A stretch of DNA of 64,000 nt from Octopus vulgaris (taxonomy: Eukaryota): positions 80,228,001-80,292,000 of the forward strand of contig OX597821.1 in NCBI GenBank assembly GCA_951406725.2. Direction: 5' to 3'. Shown piece after piece: positions 1-13,160 of this stretch; within the stretch, counting starts at the first letter, position 1; each line of letters begins with the position of its first letter. Under the pieces are notes generated by a model. It did no database searches. It was not told where the DNA came from and saw only the letters and a list, made by a program, of their open reading frames with translations. The translations under genes were made by a program, and so were the position numbers.

Positions 1-177
1 GTTGCTGAATTTCATTAAAATCTAAACAGTAAATATTCAAGACTCATCATATATTGAGATGAATGCTCAAATGATAGCTTTACTGTTCATAATTTATAGA
101 GTTTTTACTGAGATACAAGGAAGGATTATTTCTACCTGCTTTCTAACTTTTCACCCGTTCACCCGTTCTTTCTTCTC

Positions 178-231
<54 letters not shown>

Positions 232-278
232 ACTCACTCACTATTTGTCTTTCTCACTCCCTTTATGCTCCTCACTTC

Positions 279-312
279 CTTCTGATGAAGGACTAACTTC
301 CGAAACATTAAG
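279..312 (+). ncRNA. Minimal type I hammerhead ribozyme motif (PLE-type), one mutation in stem III
   Basis: ctt-CTGATGA-a-GGA-ctaact-TCC-GAAAC-ATT-aag. Stem I ctt/aag and stem II GGA/TCC. ATT where the related copy at 971 has GTT. Confidence 0.6.
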
Positions 313-546
313 ACATTTCTCTCTTTCCTTTAAAGCGATAAACCAATAACTTTTTAAAAGTTGTTCCAACTGTGGTGTGTTTCATTGTCCATTATATTTC
401 GTTTTTATCTGCATGCATGTATATATACATACATACATAATTTATACTATGTATTAAATATGTGTGTGTGTGTATGTGTGCGTGTGTGTGTGTGTGTGTG
501 TAGGCGAATTCGGCGAGCTGGAAGAATCGTTAGCACATATATATTT

Positions 547-577
<31 letters not shown>

Positions 578-801
578 ATCTCCGAAGAAGCCTTAGGATA
601 TTTTTGTAAATGTCTCATTTATAACTACATATTGACCTACCATAAATGGCTAATATAAGTAAAATGAGACATACTTATCTACATGGCCGTAACAGCTGTA
701 AGATGTAGTCTACATTTATATGTACTTATATTTACATTCCCTTATATATATTCTACTTATTGTATAACATTACTCTTTTATGTACACTCCTTTATGTACA
801 C

Positions 802-901
802 NNNNNNNNNNNNNNNNNNNNNNNNNNNNNNNNNNNNNNNNNNNNNNNNNNNNNNNNNNNNNNNNNNNNNNNNNNNNNNNNNNNNNNNNNNNNNNNNNNN
901 N
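802..901. other. Assembly gap (100 N)
   Basis: Run of exactly 100 N. Confidence 1.
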
Positions 902-970
902 ACAAACACACACACAAACATGGAACAAGTATAGTCTTATTGGACGCTCGGGAAAGGAAAGAAAGGAGAA

Positions 971-1003
971 TTCAACGTTTCGAGCGGAGCTCTTCGTCAG
1001 AAA
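971..1003 (-). ncRNA. Minimal type I hammerhead ribozyme motif (PLE-type)
   Basis: Minus strand ttt-CTGACGA-a-GAGC-tcc-GCTC-GAAAC-GTT-gaa. Intact core, 4-bp stem II, loopless palindromic stem III (AACGTT), stem I ttt/gaa. Confidence 0.7.
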
Positions 1004-1696
1004 CATAGGAAAGGGGAAGACGGAGGAAAAAAATCGCCAACGGTACACATGCAGTCACATTTTGAAGATATATATATATATATAGGTACACGCACACACA
1101 CGCACACACACACATATGTACTTGCGTAAATATGTGCAGTAACTGAACCGAAGGACGCTGAAGTCCGATGACGTAATTCATAGTCCAGACTGGTGTGTTC
1201 AGAAGCATTGACTTTAAGGTGAGTACCACCTCCGAGGCAGTTACCGCAGCGAATATATTTCCGCTTTTCAATGTACATGAATGTTTTGAATGTAAGTGTA
1301 CACAACTTTGTATATATACATACACATATACATATGTGTATGCATACATGAAAATATGTATGTGTGTGTGTATGTATATATGTATCCTTACACACACACA
1401 CACGCACAGTTCTGTAGAAAATATTATGGTGCATATGCTGCCGCAGATATCTTCCTTCGAGGATCTGGAAAAAGATTCTATTAACGATTCTAGACGAGTT
1501 TATCCTTCTCCGCCTCTTCCCATCAAAGGTTTTCGGTATTCCTCTATAGGGGTGGTCACGGGTCCTGAAAACACATATACCTACACATGTTAAAACACAC
1601 ATACAAACACATTCCCATGATGTATTTCGCATGCTCTGCAACTTCGACATAAATTCTTGCAAGCACACACAATGATATCATATATTCTTTTATTCA

Positions 1697-1907
1697 TTTA
1701 CTTGTTCCAGTCATTTGACTGCGGCCATGCTAGAGCACCGCCTTTTAGTCGAAGAAAATCGACCCCAGAACACATTCTTTGTAAGCCCGGTGCTTACCCT
1801 ATCGGTCCCTTTAGCCAAATGGCTATGTTACAGGGACGTAGACACACCAGCATCGGTTGTCAAGCGATGGTCAGGACGGACAAACAGCGACAAAAAGACA
1901 CACATAA

Positions 1908-1938
<31 letters not shown>

Positions 1939-2122
1939 GATACAGGCGCACGCGCGCACTCATGTATATACAACGGGCTTCTTTTCAGTTCCCGTCTATC
2001 AAATCCACTCACAATGCTTTGGTTGGGCCGAGGCTATAGTCGAAGATACTTCCCTAAAGTGCCATGTAGTGGGACTGAACCGGAACCATATGGTTGGGAA
2101 GCAAGCTTCTTACCACACAGCC
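1697..2122 (-). mobile_element. tRNA-derived SINE, family A (internal microsatellite)
   Basis: Reverse complement of the family A sequence seen at 4551, 8286, 37530 and 39570. Confidence 0.85.
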
Positions 2123-2526
2123 TGCGATGCACATGTACAATATCACGTTGCTGCGTATTTAAATGTCTAATCCAAAGCAAAACTTGATAACAAAAAATTA
2201 TAGAGAATCAAATATCTTAGAAGCCACTCAGAAGAGAGTCTTCGAGTAACGCATCATAGTTTAATGGCCACTGCACCGAAGTGTGCGTGCGACCCCCAAA
2301 ATATATAGGCTGCAGGCCTGCCAATTTCCAGTTTCTGCAAGCATTTAAATATCTATTCGGTGGTTATTGACTTACTTCCAGACACACGTCCGCGCGCACT
2401 CACAGTAGTGAGACAGAAAGATAGACAAGAGGAAGGGCAGATCTAGGTCTGAAGAGGAACAGTCGCAACATGAAATACAGCTTTTGGGTGTATTGACATG
2501 CGTTCTTCTGCATCTGTTTGCTTGCC

Positions 2527-2558
<32 letters not shown>

Positions 2559-2723
2559 TGTGTGTTCGTGTGTGTGTGCATGTGTGTGTGCTGTTACCAA
2601 TATGCCTTACGTCCGCCTCAGTGAAATTTGTGTTCACTTTAATAAAGACTCTGCAAGTGTTATTGAGTTTGGTCGGCTGTTGACATATTTGAAACACTTC
2701 AAACAACCCGGCCATATACATAT

Positions 2724-2777
<54 letters not shown>

Positions 2778-3275
2778 TCTGTTTGTATGTTTACGTGCTT
2801 ATTTGTGCATATGATACCAGTGTAAGCAAACGTTGGCACAAACGATTGTGTACAAATTTCTTCATATATAAACGAGAGGAGAAATACTCACACTCTCGCA
2901 ATAATACATATATACACTCAACCACACACACACACACACACACACATTCCAGATTCATTCATGTACTTATGTTTGCGTGCGTATTTGCTTGTAGTACGTA
3001 TAATACCATTTGCTTTCCCCGCCGGCTATATATCAACCACACACACACACATACGGACCATATTTCATAGTCTTCTTAGCCCACACGTAATTTATGTCTT
3101 CACCTTCCACCCTGTGAATGGAACCCCACTCCACCTACTTCACCTCCGTGTGTAGCCCTCTCAATAAAACATCCCTTCCTTTGCAGTCGATCCAGTCAGT
3201 TCGCCAACCTCTTCTCTTTCATTACCGAATAAAAAGCCTCAGACAAGGCCGTGTCGTTATGGGGTTTGATTAGCA

Positions 3276-3360
<85 letters not shown>

Positions 3361-3364
3361 TGAA

Positions 3365-3572
3365 GGCGGCGAGCTGGCTGAATCGTTAGCACGCTGGACA
3401 AAAGGCTAAACGATATTTCGCCCGTCGCTGCATTCTGAGTTCAAATTAGACCGCTGTCGACTATGCCTTTCATCTTTTCGAGATCGATAAAATAAGTACC
3501 AGTGAAATTCTGGGGTCAATATAATCGACTACAAGGCCTAAAACTTCAGGCCTTGTGCCTATAATAGAGAGG

Positions 3573-3610
<38 letters not shown>

Positions 3611-3830
3611 GGCGGCGAGCTGCCAGAATCGCTAGCACGCAGGGCAAAATACTTAGCGGCATTTCGTCCGTCTTCATGTTCTGAGTTCAAATTCCGCCGA
3701 GTTCGACATTGCATTTCATCCTTTCGGCGTCGATTAAATAAGTACCAGTTACGTACTATAGGATCGATGTAATCGACTTAATACATTTCCCCAAATTTGA
3801 GGCCTTGTGCTTCCAGTAGAAAGGACTATT
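3365..3830 (+). mobile_element. Two tandem copies of SINE family B with (ATT)n/(ACT)n tails
   Basis: GGCGGCGAGCTGGC(A/T)GAATCG heads at about 3365 and 3611, GAGTTCAAATT B box, GCCTTTCATC...GATAAAATAAGTACCAG domain resembling the Deu/Nin SINE domain. Confidence 0.85.
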
Positions 3831-3847
3831 ATTATTATTACTACTAT

Positions 3848-3909
<62 letters not shown>

Positions 3910-4089
3910 TTAAGGGGTCGATAAAATAAGTACCAGCTGAGAACTAGAGTACCCCGAACTTGTTTACCTAGTACCAAAAATTATTATTATTATCATTGTT
4001 TATAATGTATTCAATGAATCCTTCATATTCTGAAGTGGTAAGGTGGAGTGTAAGCAAGATTCAGCAGCTATTTTTAGCAGCTCGAAAGG

Positions 4090-4290
4090 CAGTGGTTCTC
4101 AACCAATTTTTTTTTTTTTTATCTATGGACCCCTTTGATTACTATTTTATTCTGCTGGGCCCCCGTTCATATACGATGTTTATAAACTTGTTTTATAAAT
4201 ACTTTCTTTCAAATTCCTATTTTGTTATTCACGCATTAACTTGCATAAGTTGAACTGTGTAAAATGCTAAAGAAACTTAGCTATTTCTTG
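4090..4290 (+). mobile_element. hAT/Charlie-like end fragment
   Basis: Begins CAGTGGTTCTCAACC followed by GGACCCC/GGGCCCC subterminal motifs. Other end not found. Confidence 0.35.
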
Positions 4291-4304
4291 CAATAGATAT
4301 ATAT

Positions 4305-4525
4305 TTCTTTACTACCCACAAGGGGCTAAACATAGAGGGGACAAACAAGGACAGACAAAGGGATTAAGTCGATTACATCGACCCAGTGCGAAACTGGTAC
4401 TTTATTTATCGACCCCGAGAGGATAAAAGGCAAAGTCGACCTCGGCGGAATTTGAACTCAGAACGTAACGACAGACGAAATACCGCTAAGCATTTCGCCC
4501 GGCGCGCTAACGTTTCTGGCAGCTC
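4305..4525 (-). mobile_element. SINE family B
   Basis: Inverted copy lying head-to-head with the family A copy at 4551. Confidence 0.85.
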
Positions 4526-4550
4526 GAGATATATTTAAACCAAAACTTTA

Positions 4551-4702
4551 GGCGTAGGAGTGGCTGTGTGGTAAGTAGCTTGCTTACCAGTCACATGGTT
4601 CCGAGTTCAGTCCCACTTGGGCAAATGTCTTCTGCTATAGCCTCGGGCCGACCAAAGCCTTGTGAGTGGATTTGGTAGATGGAAAACTGAAAGAAGCCCG
4701 TC

Positions 4703-4774
<72 letters not shown>

Positions 4775-4932
4775 GTGTGTGTCTGTGTTTGTCCCCCCAA
4801 CATCGCTTGACAACCGATGCTGGTGTGTTTACGTCCCCGTAACCTAGCGGTTCGGCAAAAGAGACCGATAGAATAAGTACTAGGCTTACAAAGAAGAAGT
4901 CCTGGGGTCGATTTGCTCGACTAAAGGCGGTG
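4551..4932 (+). mobile_element. tRNA-derived SINE, family A
   Basis: Head GGCGTAGGAGTGGCTGTGTGGTAAG (A box) and GAGTTCAGTCCC (B box), CORE-like TTGGGCAAATGTCTT, internal (TA)n(TG)n, then 3' body. Confidence 0.9.
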
Positions 4933-6475
4933 GTAATCGACTTAATCCCATCCTCCAAATTTGAAGCATTGTGCTTCCAGTACAATGGATTATTATCATT
5001 ATCATTATAGCGATGGATGTTAGAAGGGTGAGAGTAAGTAGTGGGATCGAGTTAATCGACTACAGCTTTGTAACGAAGGTCTCCCGAGAAAAATTTGCGA
5101 TAAGCTGAGGTTTGCTTGTTTATTTACTTATTTATCAATCTATTATGGATCCTATCATATATTAGCAGTTGCTCAGGCCCCGGACTGATGTACCGGTTGA
5201 ACTCCCTTTTATAGACTGCTTTTCACCTCTAACTCCCAAAATATGTGGACTGGTGCCAATTCAAATAAAGGAAACTAATCATTATCTTATGCTCAACAAA
5301 ACCTGCCTACATTTTTATATATCTCTTGAAGAATTCAGTATCTTCCCATATATATATATATATATATTCCTGTATGTTTGTGTATATATGTATATGTATT
5401 CATATATGTTTTTATATATATGTGTGTGTCTTTGGTCTGTGTGTAAATCCACACACACACACACATATTGTCTAGAAAAACAAGCTATTAATGTTTAAAA
5501 GAAAATTCTTCATAACATTTAGATTTAATATAAAACATGTATTTTATTTTGTGGTATATTTGCAGTTCTTGGTTTTATGTTGAATTTATTGGCATCTTGT
5601 GTTGCAAGATAAAATGGTAAGAATGCTGTACTGTTTGTGTGTGTGTGTGCTTGCGCGCGTGTGTGTGTGCTTGCGCGTGTGTGTGTGTGCTTGCGCGCGT
5701 GTGTGTGTATGTGTGTGCGTGTGTGTGAATGATCTTAGGCCGCTTACGAAATTTAATCTGTTCGTATTAACTACGTAGTTCGAGAAATTTAAAAAAAAAT
5801 AATAACGAGCAAAATTGCTTCATTAAAACAACATAAAACGAAGAGAAATACCCTTTACCTTTATACTCACGCGCGCACACATGCACACACACAGAGGAAC
5901 ACACACATGTGAGAGATGTGTATATCCTTGGGGTACATTTCTAGAAAACAAATATTACATACATCTACGTGCATGCAATTCTTACTCTTATCTCATAAAG
6001 GAGCGTGCGTCAATCCACCCTGTTTCACTCTTCGTCACAATTCCCACTAGCCTCTCTACCTCTTTCTCTCTCACATATATAGCAAGTAGTAGGTGAGAAG
6101 GTGTCAAAGGACATAATACAACCGGTCAATACATTAAATGCTAAAACCAAACCAAGTGCCTAAACTCCGATCTGAAGCAAGAACCAGGACACAGGATGCA
6201 TAGAGAAAAGAGTTGGCAATAGCCAATTGGGACCAGGTGATGCGTTGTGGTCTTGAGCGGGACAATTTATTCATGATGTTTCAGTCGACTTAGCTGTTGG
6301 AAATGAGTGATCCTTCAACGGACCGGCGTCCTGTCCAGGGAAGAATATATACGCCAGAGAAAATGGCCCTATGTTCCTTACAGAGTAATATGGACTAACC
6401 ATTGGCAATGTCTCGAGTTGGTATAGGTTTATACTAGGACATGATATGAACTGGCGGTTGCAAGGCATATATGTA

Positions 6476-7041
6476 TTGGGTTGTCCGGAAATTTCGCGCC
6501 GATTTATAGTAGCTTACCTTTCGACTTATTTTAGAACATGGTTGAGTCCATAAAATAGGATTTGACTACACCTCCATTTTGAGCACAGTTTAAGCTATCT
6601 TTTCGTGGAAGAAGGTTTATGTTCCTATAACCTGTGTTAATCCTGTAACTCTTTAAAATGGAAGATAAGAAAGTTCATTTTCGGCACTTGATGCTTTGGG
6701 GACAAGACAAAAATTGCTGCAGCTCGGCTGGGATGTGTTACCCCACCCTCCATATTCACCAGATATTGTTCCTTTGGATTTTCAGTTACTCAGATCTCTG
6801 CAGAATAGTCTTAATGGTAAAAATTTCAATTCCTTGGATGACGTAAAAAGATACCTTGATGAGTTCTTTGCCATGAAACCTCCTCAGTTCTGGGAATGGG
6901 GTATTTTCAAGTTAAAGGAAAGATGGAGACGCATTGTGCAACAAAATAGTTCATATTTAGTTAATTAAAAATGTAATGGCAAGTATTTATTGACCTTTTT
7001 TTTTACTTTAAAAATCGGCACGAACTTTCCGGACAACCCAA
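6476..7041 (+). mobile_element. Internally deleted mariner (Tc1/mariner) element with both TIRs and TA target duplication
   Basis: TA|TTGGGTTGTCCGGAAATTTCGCGCCGATTT ... AAATCGGCACGAACTTTCCGGACAACCCAA|TA (28/30 match). Transposase N-terminus MEDKKVHFRHLML (6658) is joined to the C-terminus LGWDVLPHPPYSPDIVPLDFQLLRSLQNSL...GIFKLKERWRRIVQQNSSYL. Confidence 0.93.
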
Positions 7042-7049
7042 TATATATG

Positions 7050-7134
<85 letters not shown>

Positions 7135-7349
7135 GTGTGCGTGTATGTGTGTGTGTATGTGTGTGTGTGTTTGTCCACCCCCACTCCACCAACATCGCTT
7201 GACAACCGATGCTTGTGTGTTTACGTCCCCGTAACTTAGCGGTTCGGAAAAAGACACCGACAGAATAAGTAATAGGCTTACAAAGACTGAAACAAGTAAA
7301 AGAGTAAAACGGATACAATTAATTTGTTGTAACTTTGACAAATCCAGCC

Positions 7350-7407
<58 letters not shown>

Positions 7408-7623
7408 TGTATGCGGTCAGTTTCTATTAATGTTACAATCTAAAAAAACGTTTCTGGTGAAACTAAAGTTGCTCTCATTTCTTTGAAAAATAATTAAACC
7501 CTGTTTCTTATATCAAGTTCATGTTTGTTGTTTTCATAATTAAAAATATCTTTCTTCAGTGTTCCTTTTCTCCTTTTCTCTCTCTCTCACACACACACAC
7601 TCGCATATACATGCGTTTGTGTG

Positions 7624-7665
<42 letters not shown>

Positions 7666-8051
7666 AATGTGTGTGTGTGTCTGTGTGCGTGTATTTATAT
7701 GTACACATACACACATACACACACACGCACAGACAAGCAAACACGCACACATACACACACCCATACACTGAAATATATACTACACAGGAATGTAAGGTAT
7801 AGAATGAGATGGTAAGGAATGAAATTACATAAATCCATGCTTACGTTACGCTCGTTCAGTGCATGCCGAAGGTTTGAACGATATCTGCGACCAAGATATC
7901 TTGGAAAGAGCGACATCTGTGGCAAGCTTCAGAACAACATGAGTCACGTAAGAACGGTATTTTAATAAACGAGATATCAGGAACATGGACAAAACCCACA
8001 GTTTACATGTATTACTTTCTAACGTCCTAATTCCTTCCTCTTTCTCTCTCT

Positions 8052-8086
<35 letters not shown>

Positions 8087-8285
8087 ATTCTCTTCGCCTT
8101 CTTTCGAATACCCAACGTACATGCATACATACATATATGTATGTGTTTGTGTGCGTGTGTGTGTGTAACTATATACACACACACACATACATATAAATGC
8201 ATACATGTGTGTCTATATATATATACACATACATTTACATATGCACAATTATACGTACATGTTTATGCATATATGCGCATATATA

Positions 8286-8680
8286 GGCGTAGGAGTGGCT
8301 GTGTGGTAAGTAGCTTGCTTACGAACCACATGGTTCCGTGGCACCTTGGGCAAGTATCTTCTACTATAGCCTCGGGCCGACCAAACCCAAGTGAGTGGAT
8401 TTGGTAGACGGAAACTAAAAGAAGACCGTCGTGTATATGTATATATATGTGTGTGTGTGTATATATGTTTGTGTGTCTGTGTTTGTCCCCCAACATCGCT
8501 TGACAACCGATACTGGTGTGTTTACGTCCCCGTAACTTAGCTGTTCGGCAAAAGAGACCGACAGAATAAGTACTAGGCTTACAAAGAATAAGTCCTGGGC
8601 TCGGTTTGCTCGAGTAAAGGCGGTGCTCCAGCATGGCAGCAGTCAAATGACTGAAACGAGTAAAAAGAGTAAACAGAGTA
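8286..8680 (+). mobile_element. tRNA-derived SINE, family A
   Basis: Near full-length copy, head to TGACTGAAACGAGTAAAAAGAG tail. Confidence 0.9.
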
Positions 8681-9919
8681 TATACACAAACATATGTACG
8701 TACATATAAGTATATACATTTGTGCGTCTATACGTACACATATACACACAAATGCATATATATACGCACATATATGCCTGTCTATATATATATACACACA
8801 CGTAATGTAAAGGAGGTCATGAGTCATTTGCATATAATGTGTTGTTTCATTTTGCATGTGTGCAGTATGTGTGTGTGTGTGTAGGTTCGTTTGTGTGTGA
8901 TTATGTATAAGATGTACTTTCCTCTCCAAATATACACGACAAAATAGATTCATAAACGAGAGTGTACGTGTTACGTATGTATGTATGTATACACACACAC
9001 ACTTATAGACACACACATACACGTTTGTGCATTTACATGTTTCGTGAAAGTGTATATGTCACCCTATATTTGTATATCTCTGTAATAGGATATGTCTGTA
9101 GATATTCTCAGTTTGGTTGTTGGCGTTTTGTATGTATTTGTGCATTGATGCGTATGCACAAGTGTGGGTGTCTGTGTGACCATATCTATGTCATTCTCCT
9201 TCAAATAAACTAGGACACTTATTTGATTGCACGTAAAATTCGTCAAAGACCTGCCAACCATTCCATCCATTGCAGTTAAAGTGAGGCTTGCAAAAATGGT
9301 TGCATCCGTCTGTTATAAATTCTCTGGTAGCTTTTCAGACATTGGACTGAAGCCGGGTTGACGGTGCTGCCATGAAATGTTTTAATGTTTTTGTCGAACA
9401 AATCGACTAAAATTGTTTTGTAATTATTTTGTTGAGTCTGCTGTTTATTGTATCAATATCTTTTTCTGAATCGCTAAAGTTACGAGGACGTAAACAAACC
9501 AATGGTGGTTTTCGAGTGGTGATGCTGGCACGGATAAACTCAATGACGCTCACGTATACGTATATACGTATATACGATGGTTCCGCACAGATTCGGTCTA
9601 TAAAATTCATTCAGACGACATTGGTCAGTGTAGAGCTATAGTGAAAAATATCTGCCGAGGCATGGCCAGAGCGACTTTCTTAACTTCAGTCGAAAAACGA
9701 CATATTCTTTAAATAAAACCTCGCTTGGATAACAATACAGTTCAGAATCTTATCCAGTTTAACATTTGACCTTTAATTTTATCACAATTATGTGTTTACG
9801 CATGCGTATTATACATCTGTGTGTGCGTCTGTGTTGTGTGTGGTGTATGTATGTATGTATGTATGTATGTATGTATGTATGTATGTGTGTATATATGCAT
9901 GTATGTATGTATGTATGTA

Positions 9920-9960
<41 letters not shown>

Positions 9961-10325
9961 ATATATATATATATATATATATAATACACATGCCGAAAGA
10001 GCTAATAATAGTTTCAAGCTTTTATGATAAGTATATTTATAAAATACGCCATGCATATCCAAGCAATATTTCAGGCTCAGTTTATGCGTTAAATACATCT
10101 TAAAAATTAGAACGCTGGACAATGAGAAAATAAGAAAAAAAAAATGAGAAGAAGGTAGATGCAAAAGTGAAACGAAAAGGAAGAAACGAAAAAGAGTAAA
10201 ACTTAAGATGTCCGTCCTCCCTGATTTGCAGAAACCACAATTAATACAGCTGGTATGGAACAAAATAAGAGAAAATAGGTCAATGTCTACGAGGCAGCAA
10301 CTTAATCCGGAGTGGATGATGTCCT

Positions 10326-10920
10326 CTAGTTCGACAAAAGAAACCTGTCCTGTTTGCACCTGCTAAAAGTTTCAGCTCTGGAAGTAAGCAGAGTGGTGAA
10401 ATTCTTAGATGAAGGATTTTTTTTTTCTGCAATGCATAAATTGCATTTCTTAGTTCCACACGACTCGGATTTCTCCACGATTTTCCATTTGATTGTATGT
10501 GATATGGAGTTGGTCTTCAAACTCCATACGTGGCGAGCCAACTTAGTTGCATCAATTTTGTCAATGTGCTAATAAGAAGTTAGGGTTTGCGTGACGTTTT
10601 TTTTTAAAATTGGTTTCGCATAACCCGACATAATTCTTCGTTTCAATCAAGTTTATCTTGAAGTTATGCTGTTACTTCTGCCTCTTATATGACGGAGTTT
10701 ATCATACTCGCCTGGTCAATTGGACAAGATTCATACACATTTATTCTCCCTCTTATATGTGTGTGCAGCTTTCTTACCATTATACTTGCAGAGACAAATT
10801 GCTATGCCTTTCTTTTGGAGCTCAATATTTTCTTAACAACTCAAAGAAAACTCAATATTTATTGACAGGTATACTCAGACACTAAGATCATATGGAATAA
10901 TCTTCGACACATTCTTGATG
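10326..10920 (-). pseudogene. Decayed Penelope-like retroelement, C-terminal GIY-YIG endonuclease region
   Basis: Minus-strand translation with stops and frameshifts gives VFFELLRKY ... SCPIDQASMINSVI*EAEVT ... KNYVGLCETNFKKKRHAN ... LARHVWSLKTNSISHTIKWKIVEK...KKCNLCIAEK...LLTSRAETFSRCKQDRFLL. This matches the PLE pattern CPLxxxC..VY..YIG..FKxR..HxWxLK..W..CNLCxxEK..LLNxRxE..CRH. Confidence 0.82.
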
Positions 10921-11086
10921 CCTAGACACGAACTGCCGGCTTCTAAGCTGTTTGCTTCCTATCCTGTCTATTGGGGCATACGCACACGTACTCTTTAAGT
11001 CGAGCAACGACACATATGCAAGCATATGTTTACACAGACATGTATACATCTGCATATATACTTATATATGTAAAATACGAAACATA

Positions 11087-11141
<55 letters not shown>

Positions 11142-11682
11142 GTAATGTACATTTATTTTCAAACTCATGCAAAGTATAAACTCATGAATAGATATATATA
11201 CATAAATGCCGATAAGGATTGGGCTAGAGAAGGAATTTCATGGATGCATAAATATAGACGGGTGTGTTTTCATTCCCAGACTTCTTTTTGACAACTTCTG
11301 ACTCAACCACTACGATTCATTAAACACAGTGAGTAATTTCATCTAACTCTTAAAGTTTCCATAACTGTTAATAAGTCGTAGAGGTCAATCAATGTTACAA
11401 AGTTTGGTGCGTTGCTCCCCAAACAGTTATATTTAAGAACAGGAAGCTTTACGTTTACATTAACAACAGTTACAATTGAATTGTCACATACGAACGGGGT
11501 AAGGCTTAAAGAAACTTCTAGAAATTTCCATTCACCCAACACAGTATTCTTCACGATCGCGAAAAATAAATTAATTAAATTAACTTAATTAATTTATTGA
11601 AACTGCGACGATTAGAATATTAGCATATATTTTGTATATATTTTCTTATCATTTAAATTTATGATTTTTGCCATACAGAGAA

Positions 11683-11735
<53 letters not shown>

Positions 11736-12175
11736 AAGAGAAAGACGGCAGATAGAGAGAACTAAAATAGAATTGATCTTATTGGTTTCAACTGCTTGTA
11801 TAACTAATTAACCACGTAATGAACGCAAGTGCTTTATATGCAAATTAGTAAAACTAGTTTAACCGAGTCGGTCTTTAATGCACTACAAATAACTTTAATC
11901 TACTAAATTTACCGTCGACAAATGAGTCTTCTTTCTCTGCGGAAGATATGTAAAGGATAGAAACAAATCAAAAACAAATTTCTGTGCTGCAAACATTTTG
12001 TTTACTTTTGGTCATCCAATTGTAGTAATTGAAGTTGTTATTTAGCACTCGTTCAGAGCTGATCCAGCAGAAATATGATCAAAAACATTGCAGCCGCGAC
12101 CATCTTTTTTATTTCTGGGATGCGTACGACTACTTAGTGAGAGTTCATAAAAAGAAGAAAAAGCAAAATTACGTT

Positions 12176-12410
12176 CTCCAGTCATAGCGACTCATAAGGG
12201 CCATTTTCCAGGTTTGTCTGGCTTATATATTCTCCACCTGGACGGGACGCCCGTCTGTCGCAGGATTAACTCATTTTTGCCTTCTGAGTGGACTGGAGCA
12301 ACGTGAAATGAAGTGTTTTGCTCAAGAACACAACGCATCGCCAGGTCCAGGAAAGGAAACCACAATCTTACGATAAGGAGTCCAACACCCTAACTACTAA
12401 GCCACATGTC
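12176..12410 (-). mobile_element. Diverged tRNA-derived SINE (family C-related head)
   Basis: Minus strand ACATGTGGCTTAGTAGTTAGGGTGTTGGACTC...GTGGTTTCC...GTTCTTGAGCAAAACAC. Confidence 0.6.
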
Positions 12411-12573
12411 TCAACAATGTGTGTGTGTTGGTAGCATAGCTGTGTGTTGGTGGTGTTGTGGAAGGTGGTGGTGTTGTGGGTTGTGTTGGTGTGGGTGGTG
12501 TTGTGTGGAAGTGATGGCGGTGGTAATGGTTGTGGTGATGGTAATGGTGATGATATAGCAATGGTGATGAGAC

Positions 12574-12616
<43 letters not shown>

Positions 12617-12997
12617 ATTATGTTTGTCAGTGATAATGGTCATAGTATCTGCAGTAGTTATAGTGTTGAAATGGTGTTGGTGGTTGCGATAGTGCTAGTA
12701 ATGGTGAGTGTGAGGTAATAGTGATGAAGTGACATTAGTCAGTGGGGGTGGGGTCACGGATTAACAATGTTAGTGGAGACGACCATAGTTATGATGGCAG
12801 TTGTAGGTTTTTTTAAACAAAATTGTCTAAGGTCATACGGAAGCACCGAAACTAGAATGGGGGGGAGACAAAGGTGGCATCGTGATGAATAATATATATA
12901 TATTCAGTTAAACAACACCTCATTCACATGTGCTCTGCTTTTGCAATACATTAACCTTCATAGTCACAGTATTTTTAGCAATATAGAAGACATCTAA

Positions 12998-13160
12998 GCA
13001 GCGAGCTGGCAGAAACGTTAGCACGCCGGGCGAAATGCTTAGCGGTATTTCGTCTGTCTTTACGTTCTGAGTTCAAATTCTGCCGAGGTCGACTTTGCCT
13101 TTCGGGGTCGATAAATTAAGTACCAGTTGCGTACTGGGGTCGATCTAATCGACTGGCCCT
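12998..13160 (+). mobile_element. SINE family B
   Basis: GCGAGCTGGCAGAAACGTTAGCACGCCGGGCGAAATG...GAGTTCAAATTC...AAGTACCAGTTGCGTACTGGGGTCGA. Confidence 0.85.

Noticed and set aside
1657-2187. Recurrent ORFs such as FDCGHAGAPP and RGYSRRHLPKVPRSGTEP
   Set aside because: They are translations of SINE family A copies, not genes.
9200-9360. Minus-strand NCN-containing frame considered as netrin LE2 exon
   Set aside because: Lacks the HARRC/CxNCxHNTxG cysteine spacing and ends in a stop.
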